NCBI GenBank assembly: GCA_019358935.1
Contig: JAHHIK010000060.1
Coordinates: 1-50,729 of the forward strand
From: Tolypothrix carrinoi HA7290-LM1
GTDB taxonomy: Bacteria > Cyanobacteriota > Cyanobacteriia > Cyanobacteriales > Nostocaceae
Reading direction: 5' to 3'
Length of the DNA: 50,729 nt
The notes beneath the pieces are model-generated. The model did no database searches. It saw only the letters and a list, made by a program, of their open reading frames with translations, and was not told where the DNA came from. The translations under genes were made by a program, and so were the position numbers. Positions 50,078 to 50,729 of this stretch are shown piece by piece. Each line of letters starts with the position of its first letter. Position 1 is the stretch's first letter.

Positions 50078-50614
50078 CTAATTTGCTAAAAGCACCTTTT
50101 CAGCTGCTGATTCCATCATTAATAGGCTTATCAAGCTTTTTGCGATCACCTCTGGGTCAAGAACGAAATCTACTTTCCCAGTGTCAATAGCTGCCTTGGG
50201 CATACTGAAGAACTGGGAAGTAGCTTCATCCTGAGCGATCGTCGTACCACCATACTTTTTAATTGCCGTCATTCCCAAAGCACCATCTCTGCCCAACCCA
50301 GTTAAAACAATAGCAGTTGCCCGCAATCCGTAACTAACTGCTACTGACATGAATAGCTTATCAACTGAGGGACGGACAAAGTTCATCTTTTGCTGGTTTA
50401 ACAGAGACAGCCTACCGTCAGGATTGACAACTAAGTGGCGATCGGGGACATAAGTGTAAACCGTCCCTGGACGTACTACATCCCCTAATTCTGCCTGCTT
50501 AACCCGCAGCGCTGTGTGTCGGCTGAGGATTTCTGCCAGATGACTCTTGTAGTCAGGATTCATATGCTGAACTACAATAATGGCGGCAGGAAAATCTGCT
50601 GGTAAGGGGAGTAA
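50078..50614 (-). pseudogene. cheB: CheB-type methylesterase lacking its N-terminal Ser motif (interrupted)
   Basis: LPADFPAAIIVVQH, RPSVDKLF, VLTGLGRDGA, AQDE.TS.FFSMP present; the preceding SxGG segment is absent in all three minus frames up to the window end. Confidence 0.75.
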
Positions 50615-50729
50615 TCTAAACGCCATAGACCGTAACAAGTCGTAGCAATACGGACTCCCCCAGACCACTCCTTAAGCAAGAGTAGCTGTTATCTCTAAGC
50701 GTTAAAGTTCGTACCTTGGGGTGTCGAGC
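50615..50729 (+). mobile_element. Probable 5' end of an IS200/IS605 IscB/IsrB (RRXRR) element with HEARO/omega-RNA
   Basis: GNRA-capped hairpin CGTA-GCAA-TACG, then CCAGAC..ACTC/GAGT stem..GTTA..AAGCGTTAAAGTTCGTACCTTGGGGTG, resembling recalled cyanobacterial omega-RNA 5' regions; truncated by the window. Confidence 0.55.

Noticed and set aside
1..50729. Very frequent GCGATCGC octamer
   Set aside because: This is HIP1, a genome-wide cyanobacterial feature and not locus-specific.

Overview
Chromosomal segment of a heterocyst-forming (Nostocales-type) cyanobacterium, judged from dense HIP1 octamers (GCGATCGC), heptameric STRR arrays and Nostoc-style small dispersed repeats. It starts with glpK, a divergent hopanoid pair (hpnB/shc) and an SPFH gene. 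A ~33 kb sulfur-centred island follows (~6.3-39.3 kb). Its recognisable core is sbpA-cysT-cysW, cysA with a divergent Crp-family cysR-like gene, cysE with a divergent Rrf2 (CymR-like) regulator followed by a decayed cysK, a CysL/YeiE-type LysR, and mtnD-mtnX-mtnB. Interleaved are five CadD-family membrane paralogs, three TauE/SafE exporters, three stand-alone NIL-domain genes, two paralogous secreted proteins of unknown function and an orphan C39-peptidase ABC/HlyD exporter. By eye, a recurring operator-like box (CTACGGTAAnnnnATnGRnTT) sits in front of both canonical cys genes and uncharacterised genes. Homologous long 5' leaders precede two CadD genes and probably one TauE gene. The right end holds an intact IS5/ISL2-type element, a CPD photolyase, a large membrane protein with in-frame repeat insertions, an RHH/PAS-like pair, and a cheB cut by what looks like the 5' end of an IscB/IsrB (HEARO/omega-RNA) element. 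All calls come from motif recognition without database searches.
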